From the IMG/VR virus record IMGVR_UViG_3300038393_000414, positions 1 through 29,841 of that record: DNA of 29,841 nucleotides; one strand, 5' to 3'. Each line of letters begins with the position of its first letter. Positions within the stretch are counted from its first letter, which is position 1. The stretch comes from a virus (taxonomy: Duplodnaviria > Caudoviricetes). Below, piece after piece: positions 16,355 to 25,241 of this stretch. The notes beneath the pieces are model-generated. The model was not told the DNA's origin. It ran no database searches and was given only the letters and a program-made list of their open reading frames with translations. A program made the translations under genes and the position numbers.

Positions 16355-16526
16355 GGTGAGGGTGTGGTTGGTCCGTAGTAGACACGTCATGCTAAGTCGA
16401 ACAAGCTGCCTCACTTTTGAGTGACGCGGGTTTGTTCGCCGTTAACCCCCTACGTAATTCGGAGTTGGTCCCTTCAAAAGGACTTTGGTGGGTGGGCCCA
16501 TTCATCAGGGTAGCCACACCCTCATC
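16355..16526 (+). ncRNA. Candidate multi-branched RNA closed by a 16-bp helix
   Basis: GGTGAGGGTGTGGTTG (16355-16370) pairs with TAGCCACACCCTCATC (16511-16526); three internal hairpins. Confidence 0.5.
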
Positions 16527-16548
16527 GCTAACATTATTGGAGTGAACA

Positions 16549-16719
16549 GTGCAAAGAAACAGTGAAGAACGGAAGCAGAAACTCGCCGACAGGCGAGAGC
16601 GGCAGCGGCATCGTCAGCCCAACGTGTGGGCAGGACACGCTACCAAGAACTTGAATGCTGCGTATCGTAAGTCGATCTGGCCGGAAGGTAAGACGGTCAA
16701 GCCGGGAAGGATGGCATGA
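16549..16719 (+). CDS. Hypothetical basic protein (56 aa)
   Basis: GGAG RBS, GTG start, ATGA overlap with the GGCT gene. Confidence 0.6.
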   Translation: MQRNSEERKQKLADRRERQRHRQPNVWAGHATKNLNAAYRKSIWPEGKTVKPGRMA

Positions 16720-17156
16720 GACGTATCTTAGTGTACGGCACACTACGCCAAGGTCAGCGAGCCAATCGTGCGCTCGGGTCTGCACAGTTCGTGGACACGG
16801 TGAACGTCACCGGCTACGACATGTACAATCTCGGCGGGTTCCCCGGTGTGGTGGAGAACGAGAACAACAAGGTAGGTATCGTAGGTGAAGTGTACGCCTT
16901 GCCTGACGGTGAAGAGGGCAACGAGATACTTCGTCACCTTGATTATTACGAGGGTTACTATCCTCAGAACTTAGAGCGTAGTAATTATCTTCGCAAGGCG
17001 ATTGAGGTTCTCGGACAGCCTACGTTTATCTACGTGTTCAACAGACCAATCAACTTGAGTTGGTATCAGCCCATTCCGGGCGGTGATTGGAACAAGCGCA
17101 ATGAGGGGAGTAATGCGAATCTATCATCAACTTCGCGGCCTGTGGGACTGCATTAA
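16716..17156 (+). CDS. Gamma-glutamylcyclotransferase (GGCT/AIG2-like)
   Basis: ILVYGTLRQG, LGGFPG, GEVY and LDYYEGY motifs. Confidence 0.9.
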   Translation: MRRILVYGTLRQGQRANRALGSAQFVDTVNVTGYDMYNLGGFPGVVENENNKVGIVGEVYALPDGEEGNEILRHLDYYEGYYPQNLERSNYLRKAIEVLGQPTFIYVFNRPINLSWYQPIPGGDWNKRNEGSNANLSSTSRPVGLH

Positions 17157-17194
17157 GTGCGGGTTGCACTTGGCTGACTGTCAGTGTTGGAAGC

Positions 17195-17989
17195 ATGACT
17201 GAGATTAGTCCAGAAGCTCAAAAGAAAATCCAAGAAGTTGTTAATCATTATCCCGGCGGATGGACCAGTGGTGTGTGTGCGTTCCAACTCCTCGACAGGA
17301 AGACAGGGGCTTACCTTGGTGGACGTAAAGACCACGGCGAGTGTCACGCGCCTCTGAGTTATCCTCGTGGAGGGACTGAAACGTCTATCTGTGTCAGTGC
17401 TCACAAAGCCAAGTGGCACAAGGAGCACCCTGAGTTCATGGTGTGGTTGGCGGAGGAAGCTCCTTTCAGTCACGGTGTGCTCAACGCTGACAACAGGGAC
17501 GAGTATCTTCAACACGCGGCTGTGATTGACGTGGAGAAAATCGGTACTGCTGGTGCGTTGTGGCAGTGCAAAGCCATGCGTCACTTCACCGAGGATACGT
17601 TTAAGTTAAAGTACTGGGACGAGCTTCGTTCACACGGCCTTGACGGACTTCAAGCGTTCCTTGGTGCCGACATTCTAAACTTTGAGGGAGGTCCGGGACC
17701 ACACACGCACGTTTGCTTGTTCTCGTACGGACCGCCTGACAAGTTGCGCAAGTTCTACGACAAGGTGAAAGGTGCGAAGCACTGGGATGGAGGTCAAGCT
17801 TGTCAGGACGGCGGATGGAATTTGTACGGAGAGAACCGAATGAAAGTGTGGGGTAATCTCGAGCACAAGATTGTGAAACAGTCAGACGGTTGGGGTGGTT
17901 TCACCGAAGTCAAGAAACCGTGTGACTCGGCCGAGTACGCTGCCAAGATTAAAGAAATTACGGAAGGAGACCCGAAGAATGTCAAATAA
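17195..17989 (+). CDS. Hypothetical protein within the amidoligase cluster
   Basis: 264 aa with phage-like codon usage; no family recognised. Confidence 0.8.
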   Translation: MTEISPEAQKKIQEVVNHYPGGWTSGVCAFQLLDRKTGAYLGGRKDHGECHAPLSYPRGGTETSICVSAHKAKWHKEHPEFMVWLAEEAPFSHGVLNADNRDEYLQHAAVIDVEKIGTAGALWQCKAMRHFTEDTFKLKYWDELRSHGLDGLQAFLGADILNFEGGPGPHTHVCLFSYGPPDKLRKFYDKVKGAKHWDGGQACQDGGWNLYGENRMKVWGNLEHKIVKQSDGWGGFTEVKKPCDSAEYAAKIKEITEGDPKNVK

Positions 17990-18743
17990 GACGAAGAAGA
18001 AACAGGAGGAAGTGCGCGAGGTTGCACGTCCGCGTGTGTACGTGGTGGGTGGAGGTTTCGAATACATTCGCCTGATGTATCGTCTCGGTTGTGACGGAGC
18101 CAAAGGATTGGACGACGCCGACGTTGTTCTGTTCACGGGCGGCGAGGACGTCAACCCTGAACTGTACGGTGAAGTGCCAATGGCTAAGACACACTTCAAC
18201 CGTATTCGTGACGACTTCGAACAGGCTATCTACAAGGGTGCGTTGGAGCGCGAGCTTCCAATGGTGGGTATCTGTCGTGGTGGTCAGTTCTTGAACGTGA
18301 TGAACGACGGTAAGATGTGGCAGCACGTCAACAATCACTGCGGTAATCACATCGCTCGTGTTGAAGTCGCTCCGTTCCGGGACGATGGAAAGCGTAGGAC
18401 GGTTGAAGTTACGTCCACCCATCACCAGATGATGATACCGGCAGCCCACGCTATCGTGCTCATGACTGCGCTTGAAGCATCGGAGAAAGACAGTCCGGCG
18501 TACGCCAAGGTTGGTAAGGTTGCGAACGAACCTGACACCGAAGCTGTGTTCTACGACGGAACCAACTGTCTGTGCTTCCAGCCTCATCCTGAGTTCAACG
18601 CAGCTCCGGCTGACTGCGTGGACATTTTCGAGGAGTTCCTGAACGACTGGATTTTCCCTCGCATTCCACTGCGCGGTGACGCCAAGAAGATGGAACAGGC
18701 AATCATGGCTCAGGCTGGTGCTGGTAGTGTGACCCCTCGGTAA
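17979..18743 (+). CDS. Class I glutamine amidotransferase / peptidase C26 (gamma-glutamyl hydrolase-like)
   Basis: FTGGEDV, GICRGGQ nucleophile elbow, THHQ and QPHPE; AAGGAG RBS before ATG 17979. Confidence 0.9.
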   Translation: MSNKTKKKQEEVREVARPRVYVVGGGFEYIRLMYRLGCDGAKGLDDADVVLFTGGEDVNPELYGEVPMAKTHFNRIRDDFEQAIYKGALERELPMVGICRGGQFLNVMNDGKMWQHVNNHCGNHIARVEVAPFRDDGKRRTVEVTSTHHQMMIPAAHAIVLMTALEASEKDSPAYAKVGKVANEPDTEAVFYDGTNCLCFQPHPEFNAAPADCVDIFEEFLNDWIFPRIPLRGDAKKMEQAIMAQAGAGSVTPR

Positions 18744-18895
18744 TGTTAATATGCCGAGTTTCTCCGATTGTTTGGTTAGTATTTCCAGATAAAGAAGGAC
18801 CAAGGCGTATCTACATTGTCTTAAAAGAGACAAAGAAAATGAATCTCTTTGAAGGTGAAAAGATTGTAAAGGAGAAAATTAAGTGTGTGGACTAG
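18743..18895 (+). CDS. Possible small AT-rich ORF (50 aa)
   Basis: TAATG coupling; fills the gap between the two amidotransferases. Confidence 0.4.
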   Translation: MLICRVSPIVWLVFPDKEGPRRIYIVLKETKKMNLFEGEKIVKEKIKCVD

Positions 18896-20136
18896 TTGGA
18901 ATGGCGGGTTATCTCGAACCTTTCAAGCACAAGAACGTCATGAAGGACATGTTGTTCTTGAATGCTCTGAGGGGACGAGACAGCACCGGCCTTAGTTGTG
19001 TAAGCCGAGACAAGTTCGTCACCACCCGCAAGATGACTGTGCCTAGCTACGAGTTCATCGAGTATCCTGTCGTAGACAAGGCCATGAAGTATGGCGATCA
19101 GGTGTGGATGGGCCACAGTCGTTACAAGACAACGGGTGAAGTCAACAGGCAGAACGCTCATCCGTTCGAAGTGTTGGATGACGAAGGACTTATCCTTCTT
19201 GTTGGTGCTCACAACGGCACACTAAACAACAAGTGGGCAGTCGAGCAGATGGCTGGTGGTGACAAGTACGACACCGACTCTGAAGCTTTGTTCAATGCGT
19301 TGGTGGAACAGAAGGACTTCAAGACTGCAATCAACGGCCTTGAAGGAGCGTGGTCACTTTCCTTCTACGATCCGACTACGAACAGTGTTCACTTCTGCCG
19401 GAACAAGGAACGGCCTCTGTGTTTCGCGTGGTCTAAGGACCGCAAGGTTCTTCTGTGGGCTTCGGAAGCGTGGTTCATTATCAACGCTGCTCGTCGTAAC
19501 AACATGGAACTTGCTGCCAACGACAGAGGTGTCCACTGTTTCTCTACCACCGAGGACAAACTTTACACGCTGAAAATTCCTCAGGGCAGGGACGAGGTGC
19601 TTCCTGACATGGAGGTGGAAGGAGGTTATTCCGGCAAGCCGCCCCGGCCCACGTTTCAAAACGGGTGGAACCGCATCTGGGGTAACGAATCCGACGACTA
19701 TTGGAAGGAAGAGCAAAAAGCAACGTCGCAAGGAAAGAAAGAAACAACGACAGATCGCAAGGCGGATGGGACAACGATAATCACCATCGGCGAACCTCCT
19801 AAGGAAGAGCCTAAGGGTGGTGGTATTCGTGGTTACGAGGGTGAAAAACTAACTCTCGAAGGTTTTCGTAAGATACGGGACAAAGGCTGCGTCTGGTGCG
19901 GAGATGAGTTTGACAAGGAAGGTAAGTTCGCTTTCCTTGACAGCGAGGCTCTGGTTTGTGGCAACTGTGTTTACGGTCGCCATCCTCAGGGAGACTGCGT
20001 TCGGCCAGACGAAGACGATATTGACCCATACGAAGACTTCGACGACGACCTCCCGTTTGAACTTGGCCCGGCAGCTGCTAACTCTGAAGAGTACAAGCAG
20101 CTTATGCGTCAAACCGCCGCCAAAACCGTTGGTTAA
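18883..20136 (+). CDS. Class II (Ntn) glutamine amidotransferase with a C-terminal CxxC..CxxC domain
   Basis: N-terminal CGLVG, RGRDSTG, GHSR, NAHPF, HNGT and TDSE; CVWC...CGNC. Confidence 0.92.
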   Translation: MCGLVGMAGYLEPFKHKNVMKDMLFLNALRGRDSTGLSCVSRDKFVTTRKMTVPSYEFIEYPVVDKAMKYGDQVWMGHSRYKTTGEVNRQNAHPFEVLDDEGLILLVGAHNGTLNNKWAVEQMAGGDKYDTDSEALFNALVEQKDFKTAINGLEGAWSLSFYDPTTNSVHFCRNKERPLCFAWSKDRKVLLWASEAWFIINAARRNNMELAANDRGVHCFSTTEDKLYTLKIPQGRDEVLPDMEVEGGYSGKPPRPTFQNGWNRIWGNESDDYWKEEQKATSQGKKETTTDRKADGTTIITIGEPPKEEPKGGGIRGYEGEKLTLEGFRKIRDKGCVWCGDEFDKEGKFAFLDSEALVCGNCVYGRHPQGDCVRPDEDDIDPYEDFDDDLPFELGPAAANSEEYKQLMRQTAAKTVG

Positions 20137-20154
20137 TTTGAAAGGAGAACCTCT

Positions 20155-20820
20155 GTGTCGCTAGCTATTAAGTATGAAACACCTGACGACGCCAAGCTTC
20201 GGCTCCGTAACACCGTTGTTCTGTACAAGGGTGAGCCGGTTCTGATTAACGACGTCGCTCGTGGTGAAGGTAAAGACGACATTCTTCGCGTCTTGTTTCA
20301 ACCACTACCTACACCGGGCGTAGACAGGTTTGGACGTAAGCAGCCTGATCCTGAAGCGATGGAACGGAAGTACATTTCGTCGAAGCATTTCGACATTGCT
20401 CCGTTTCGTATGGGATACGTGAACGGTCAGAAGTTGGGTGCTTTCTTCTGTTCACGTATTCCTAATCGTGTGCAGAAGCAGGGTCTTTGTAGTGAGAACT
20501 TTCAAGGTGTTTACAACACCGGAGGAGGCGTACACTTCTCTACTTTCTTGGCAGCCAAGGACGTAGTAGATATGGTTCACAATCGTTATCCGTCAATCGA
20601 CGAAGCTATTCGTGGGCTGGAAAAGTCACCTGCCGTTGCTTTCCACCGTGAGTTCTGTGTGATGAAGGACGAGGTTATTCCTGACTTTATCTACCTTTAT
20701 CACAAGGGTCAGAAGGTCGGCATGTATTCGAAAGGAGAAAAGAAAGTGCAGCTTGGTAACAAGTTCAACTGTCTCAAGGAAAGTCTTGAGGAGCTTAAGT
20801 TGAAGGTCGGAGGTTTCTAA
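20155..20820 (+). CDS. Conserved uncharacterised protein of phage amidoligase clusters
   Basis: RLRNTVVLYKGEPV...GYVN...R.P.R..KQGL pattern recalled from PaP3/phiEco32-like clusters; AAAGGAG RBS. Confidence 0.75.
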   Translation: MSLAIKYETPDDAKLRLRNTVVLYKGEPVLINDVARGEGKDDILRVLFQPLPTPGVDRFGRKQPDPEAMERKYISSKHFDIAPFRMGYVNGQKLGAFFCSRIPNRVQKQGLCSENFQGVYNTGGGVHFSTFLAAKDVVDMVHNRYPSIDEAIRGLEKSPAVAFHREFCVMKDEVIPDFIYLYHKGQKVGMYSKGEKKVQLGNKFNCLKESLEELKLKVGGF

Positions 20821-20823
20821 TAA

Positions 20824-22062
20824 ATGGAACCAAAGGTCTTTCTTAATCACACAATATCAGAAGTAATTGGTGGTAGGGTTGTCGAAGGTAACAAGTTCGG
20901 TCTGGAACTGGAATTGGAAGGCCGAAACGTAGGGTTGCAGGACGTCGCAGTTCGAGGGTGGCAGCGTCACGCTGACGGTTCTCTACGGGGCGAGTCTGTC
21001 GAGTACGTCACTTCTGGCGCGAAGGACTTGGACGAGACGAAGAAATCTATCATCGACTTGTTCAAGAAGTTCAAAGACAACAAGGTGAAGTTCAACGACA
21101 GCATTCGTACTTCCACCCACGTTCACCTGAACTTTACCACCAAGAAGGTCAAGGACGCCGTTAACTTCTTCTCGCTGTTTACTCTGTTGGAAGAAGTTCT
21201 TCAGTATTACTCTGGTGAAGATCGGAAGGGAAATCTCTTCTGCATCTCTTCTAGGGAAGCTGAAGGTATCATCGGTATTTTGGCTCAGGCGATTGCAAGG
21301 TCTAGTCTGGACAAGTTTGCAGGTGACCGTTACAAGTACGCCGCTTGCAATCTAAGCACGTTGTACAAGTTTGGAACCATCGAAGTCCGTACGATGAAGG
21401 GAGCAACGTCTGCCGAGCAGATTACTGCTTGGGTGGACATTCTCAACGACATGTACACGTTTGCTCAGAACATGGTCAGTCCTGGTCAGTTGATTACGGA
21501 CCTGTCCCAACTCGGAGCCGAAACATTGATGAAGCGTGTGTTCTCGCCCGATAGTTACCGGGAGTTGATGCTTCACTGGCCCGCAGGGCACAATCTCCAC
21601 TACTCGTTGATGGAAGGGGCTCGTCTTCTTCAAGTCTTCGCCTACGAATTTGACGAAGCCTTTAGGGCAGAAGTAAAGATTGAAAAACCTAAAGTACAGG
21701 AAGGGATGCCCCTACCAAGACGCATTCCGGAAGGTATCTTGAAAGGATCTATGTACGGTATTTGGCTTCCTAGTGGCGCTCCTTGGAACGTTACTGGTGA
21801 GTTTGGTGGGCCCTTCTGGCGAGACGGTGAACGGGTTCAAGACGAAAAACGTGTTAAGTGGGATGCAAAGCAAGGAAGATTCCGTTTAGATTACCCCGAC
21901 GGGCCTTACTTCTGCAACTGGCGTAAGCACCACAACATTCCTGATGAAGGCAGGGGTCCGGTTCGGGCAATGCCGTTTTGGGACGAAGAGCCTGATATTG
22001 ATGATGACGATGAACCAGAAGAAGATGATTGGGGTTTTGACGAAGAAAGGGATGAAGACTAA
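20824..22062 (+). CDS. Putative amidoligase (Amidoligase_2, glutamate-cysteine-ligase fold)
   Basis: FGLELELE, DGSLRG..VEY, STHVHLN, RYKYAACNL and GTIEVR motifs; acidic tail. Confidence 0.88.
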   Translation: MEPKVFLNHTISEVIGGRVVEGNKFGLELELEGRNVGLQDVAVRGWQRHADGSLRGESVEYVTSGAKDLDETKKSIIDLFKKFKDNKVKFNDSIRTSTHVHLNFTTKKVKDAVNFFSLFTLLEEVLQYYSGEDRKGNLFCISSREAEGIIGILAQAIARSSLDKFAGDRYKYAACNLSTLYKFGTIEVRTMKGATSAEQITAWVDILNDMYTFAQNMVSPGQLITDLSQLGAETLMKRVFSPDSYRELMLHWPAGHNLHYSLMEGARLLQVFAYEFDEAFRAEVKIEKPKVQEGMPLPRRIPEGILKGSMYGIWLPSGAPWNVTGEFGGPFWRDGERVQDEKRVKWDAKQGRFRLDYPDGPYFCNWRKHHNIPDEGRGPVRAMPFWDEEPDIDDDDEPEEDDWGFDEERDED

Positions 22063-22064
22063 TT

Positions 22065-22907
22065 ATGGAAATTAAGCTTGGTTGTGATCCTGAACTGTTT
22101 GTTGTTAACGCTGATGGTAAGCCTCGTGGTGCGTACGGGTTGGTTCCGGGTACGAAGGAAAGTCCTCACAAGGTGAACAAAGGAGCCATTCAGGTAGATG
22201 GTATGGCGTTGGAGTTTAACATCGACCCTGCCAACACCGAGGATGAGTTCGTAGGCAACATTCAGACTGTGATGCAGGAACTCAGGGCTGCAACCCCGGT
22301 TGAGTTCAAATTCTTCATCAAGCCGAGTGTTAGGTTCCACCACGCCATTCTGAAGGCTGCGCCTGACGAGGCTAAGGAACTTGGGTGTATGCCGGACCTC
22401 GACGCCTACACGATGAAAGAAAATCCGAAGCCGGACGCCAACACCACACTACGAACTGCTTCTGGTCACATTCACATCGGCTTTACCGAGGATGCGGACC
22501 CGACCAGCGAAGAACACATGATTAAGTGTGCTACGCTCGTCAAGCACTTGGACCTGTTCCTTGGACTTCGTTCGTTGGAGTGGGACAAAGACCAGACGCG
22601 TCGTAAGCTCTACGGCAATCCGGGTGCAATGCGTATCAAGCCGTACGGTGTCGAGTACAGGGTGTTGAGTAATCAGTGGCTCGAAAGTGAGGAACTGGTT
22701 CGGTTTGTGTACAAGCAAACCCTCCGGTGCATCGACAACCTTAAGGCGAACGGAGGACTTGACATTAAGGATTACGAAAAGGTTGCCTTCGACATTAAAC
22801 GAGGTGTTCCGTATTACACACGTCGTAATGATCGAGTTTTTATGGGGTTGTCGAAGAAGGCCCTTGCAGCAGTTGAAGCTGCTTATGAATTGAAGATTGT
22901 AGCATAA
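22065..22907 (+). CDS. phiEco32-like COOH-NH2 ligase type 2
   Basis: LGCDPELF, QVDGMALEFNIDPA, GCMPD, RTASGHIHIG, RRKLYG.PG..R.KPYGVEYRVLSN. Confidence 0.92.
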   Translation: MEIKLGCDPELFVVNADGKPRGAYGLVPGTKESPHKVNKGAIQVDGMALEFNIDPANTEDEFVGNIQTVMQELRAATPVEFKFFIKPSVRFHHAILKAAPDEAKELGCMPDLDAYTMKENPKPDANTTLRTASGHIHIGFTEDADPTSEEHMIKCATLVKHLDLFLGLRSLEWDKDQTRRKLYGNPGAMRIKPYGVEYRVLSNQWLESEELVRFVYKQTLRCIDNLKANGGLDIKDYEKVAFDIKRGVPYYTRRNDRVFMGLSKKALAAVEAAYELKIVA

Positions 22908-22908
22908 A

Positions 22909-23676
22909 ATGGCGATTAAGGTTTACCCGTACAAAGCAGGTAGCCGGGGTGCTAAGGCTTTGGCCGAGGCGCTGGGAGCGCGTGTCCTGAAACGTCAGGG
23001 CAGCAAGTACCGCTACCGTGAAGGTGATTTGATTATCAACTGGGGGGCTTCTGACTGTCCCTTCAATTTTGCCAACACTCATCGCCGAACGGCTAATTCA
23101 CCTGAAACGATTGAGCCCGCCAGCAACAAGCTGACGTGTTTCAAGATGATGCAAGAAGCTGGTGTTAGTATCCCTCGGTTCTGGACAGACAAGAACGACA
23201 TTCCGGACGATACGTTCCCCATCATGTGCCGTACGAAGCTTCAGGCTCACAGTGGTGAAGGGATTGTCGTGGCAGAGCGTCGTGACCAGCTGGTGGTAGC
23301 CCCTCTGTACACCCAGTACATCAAGAAGAAGCACGAGTACCGTATTCACGCGTTGAGGATGCCGGGCAAGGGAACATCTATCATCGTTGCCCAGCGTAAA
23401 GCTAAGAAGAACGACAGAGACGATGCTAACTTCATGGTACGTAATCTCGACAACGGTTTTGTGTACGTTCTCGACGATGATCCTCCTGAGTGTGTTCGTA
23501 ACGAGGCTGTTAAGGCTTTGGAGTCCACGGAGCTAGCTTTTGGTGCGGTGGACGTCATCTACAACGAGCATCAGAACAAGGCGTACGTGCTGGAAATCAA
23601 CACGGCACCCGGTCTTGAGCAACGTACTGCTGAGGCTTACGCCAAGGTCTTTCAAAAGATTTTGCTTGACAACTAG
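22909..23676 (+). CDS. ATP-grasp peptide/amide ligase
   Basis: IINWG, NKL, HSGEGIV, YTQYI..KHEYRIH, FGAVD and VLEINTAPG. Confidence 0.92.
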   Translation: MAIKVYPYKAGSRGAKALAEALGARVLKRQGSKYRYREGDLIINWGASDCPFNFANTHRRTANSPETIEPASNKLTCFKMMQEAGVSIPRFWTDKNDIPDDTFPIMCRTKLQAHSGEGIVVAERRDQLVVAPLYTQYIKKKHEYRIHALRMPGKGTSIIVAQRKAKKNDRDDANFMVRNLDNGFVYVLDDDPPECVRNEAVKALESTELAFGAVDVIYNEHQNKAYVLEINTAPGLEQRTAEAYAKVFQKILLDN

Positions 23677-23694
23677 GAGAAAGTAGTGTATAAT
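23666..23694 (+). promoter_or_regulatory. Consensus sigma70 promoter
   Basis: TTGACA-N17-TATAAT followed by ACTTATAGAAGTCAGCG. Confidence 0.85.
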
Positions 23695-23725
23695 ACTTAT
23701 AGAAGTCAGCGGGGTGATACTCCCT

Positions 23726-24625
23726 ATGCCTAACAACAGAATTAACGGAATACAAGCCGCATGGGATCGACTAGCGGGTCGAAACAACGGAGAGGCACCG
23801 GCTGAACCACAGGTAGTCCAAGCCGGAGCAGGATGGGCTGATATCTTCAATGACCAGCCAATTGTACCTGCTCAACCAGCGTGGAGGCCCGTTCCCATGG
23901 AGTGGAGACCCGCTCCCATGGAGAAGGCCCGTAACGGTAAAGAAGGAGAAGAACTGTTCCACCTAATTCTCTCCGGTATTCGGGAGATTTATGACGTAGA
24001 CGCTACCATCGCTGGTGGTGCCGTACGGGACCTTGCCTTTAAAATAGATCACGTAGTCAAGGACGTGGACGTTTTTATCCCTCTTACTTGGGAAAAGTTT
24101 GAACCTAACGTGGATGAATTAGGGTGGCAGCAGACGCCTTTCCTGTTGAAGAAGGGTGGCTACGAGAACTGTGTTGTTCCGAGCACTGCCCGAGGACAGG
24201 GACAGGTTCAGTACAAGCTTGTTGACCTTGTGTTCATGGACAAGCCACTCACTCCTGAGAACGTGGCTTCATTTCCAATCTTTGCTCAGAGGTGTGTGTG
24301 GACGCTGAACGAGGGTTTGGCAATCTCTCCGGAAGCTAAGCAAGACCTAGAGAACAAAACATTCACCATCGACCCTACGATTACTAACAAGGAGAAACTG
24401 AAGAAGATCGTAGCGAAAGCACAGGAGTGGTGTAAGCGTCCCGGCTACGAAGGATGGAAGGTGGTTGAGCCTGACATTGCTGAGTGGTGGGAAGCGAAGA
24501 AGGAAGTAGTCGAACGAAAGTACTTGACTGCTAATCCTTTTGATTGGTCACCTCAAGAGTTAGCTATGTACGCTGAAAAAAAGCTAGCGTTTGATGTAGA
24601 GAAAGGACGATATTACATTGCCTAA
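23726..24625 (+). CDS. Nucleotidyltransferase (poly(A) polymerase/CCA-adding head-like domain)
   Basis: IAGGAVRDL...KDVDVF signature; start is ATG 23726 or GTG 23714. Confidence 0.8.
   Translation: MPNNRINGIQAAWDRLAGRNNGEAPAEPQVVQAGAGWADIFNDQPIVPAQPAWRPVPMEWRPAPMEKARNGKEGEELFHLILSGIREIYDVDATIAGGAVRDLAFKIDHVVKDVDVFIPLTWEKFEPNVDELGWQQTPFLLKKGGYENCVVPSTARGQGQVQYKLVDLVFMDKPLTPENVASFPIFAQRCVWTLNEGLAISPEAKQDLENKTFTIDPTITNKEKLKKIVAKAQEWCKRPGYEGWKVVEPDIAEWWEAKKEVVERKYLTANPFDWSPQELAMYAEKKLAFDVEKGRYYIA
23881..23922 (+). repeat. 21-bp tandem duplication (WRPVPME/WRPAPME)
   Basis: GTGGAGGCCCGTTCCCATGGA followed by GTGGAGACCCGCTCCCATGGA, 19/21 identical. Confidence 0.85.
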
Positions 24626-24788
24626 CGTAAGTGAACTACAGAGAATGACTGAAGAATTGGAAGACCTGAAGAGTATGCTGAGAACAGTGTACTGTCCCAA
24701 GGACATCAAAGAGAATACGCTTCGAGAGATTCGTAAGCTTGAGGCCGCCCTTGGGATTGAAGGTAAACACTACAACGGAGGTATGTAA
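24618..24788 (+). CDS. Hypothetical protein (56 aa)
   Basis: AAAGGA RBS, TTG start; MPNVSELQRMTEELEDLK... Confidence 0.6.
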   Translation: MPNVSELQRMTEELEDLKSMLRTVYCPKDIKENTLREIRKLEAALGIEGKHYNGGM

Positions 24789-24977
24789 TTGACTCCTGAA
24801 ATTAAGGAAGAACTTAAAAGAATTAAGAAGAAACATTATGGAGAAGAGAGCGGTTATGCTGGTGATTTCACCACAGCTGAAGAATTTCTTCACGAAGTAA
24901 GTTGGCTATTTGGTTGGACAACCCAGCAAGCTTATCAAGCCACTGAGTTTCTATTTAGACCGGAGAATAATAACTAA
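24789..24977 (+). CDS. Hypothetical protein
   Basis: GGAGGT RBS, TTG start. Confidence 0.65.
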   Translation: MTPEIKEELKRIKKKHYGEESGYAGDFTTAEEFLHEVSWLFGWTTQQAYQATEFLFRPENNN

Positions 24978-25013
24978 TGTACCGTCCAATTAGTTCAGCT
25001 AGAAAGGTAGCAA

Positions 25014-25241
25014 TTGTACTACACGCACGTAAACAGGAACGTAATCGACGCCAACCGGAAGCACGGGCGAAACGACCCGCCCGTAAAGTTCCAAAGAGGA
25101 AAGTACGGTAAGGCGACCTATGCACACGAAGTGCGACTTCCGGCGGGATGCCGTGTTATATACGACGCTGCTGGTAGGATACTTCCTTGTGGGGCGCGTC
25201 TTGTCATTGCGTCGGAAGAAGAACCGGAAGTAATTCGATGA
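25014..25241 (+). CDS. Hypothetical phage protein
   Basis: HVNRNVIDANRKHG...LPCGARLVI; GAAAGGT RBS. Confidence 0.7.
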   Translation: MYYTHVNRNVIDANRKHGRNDPPVKFQRGKYGKATYAHEVRLPAGCRVIYDAAGRILPCGARLVIASEEEPEVIR

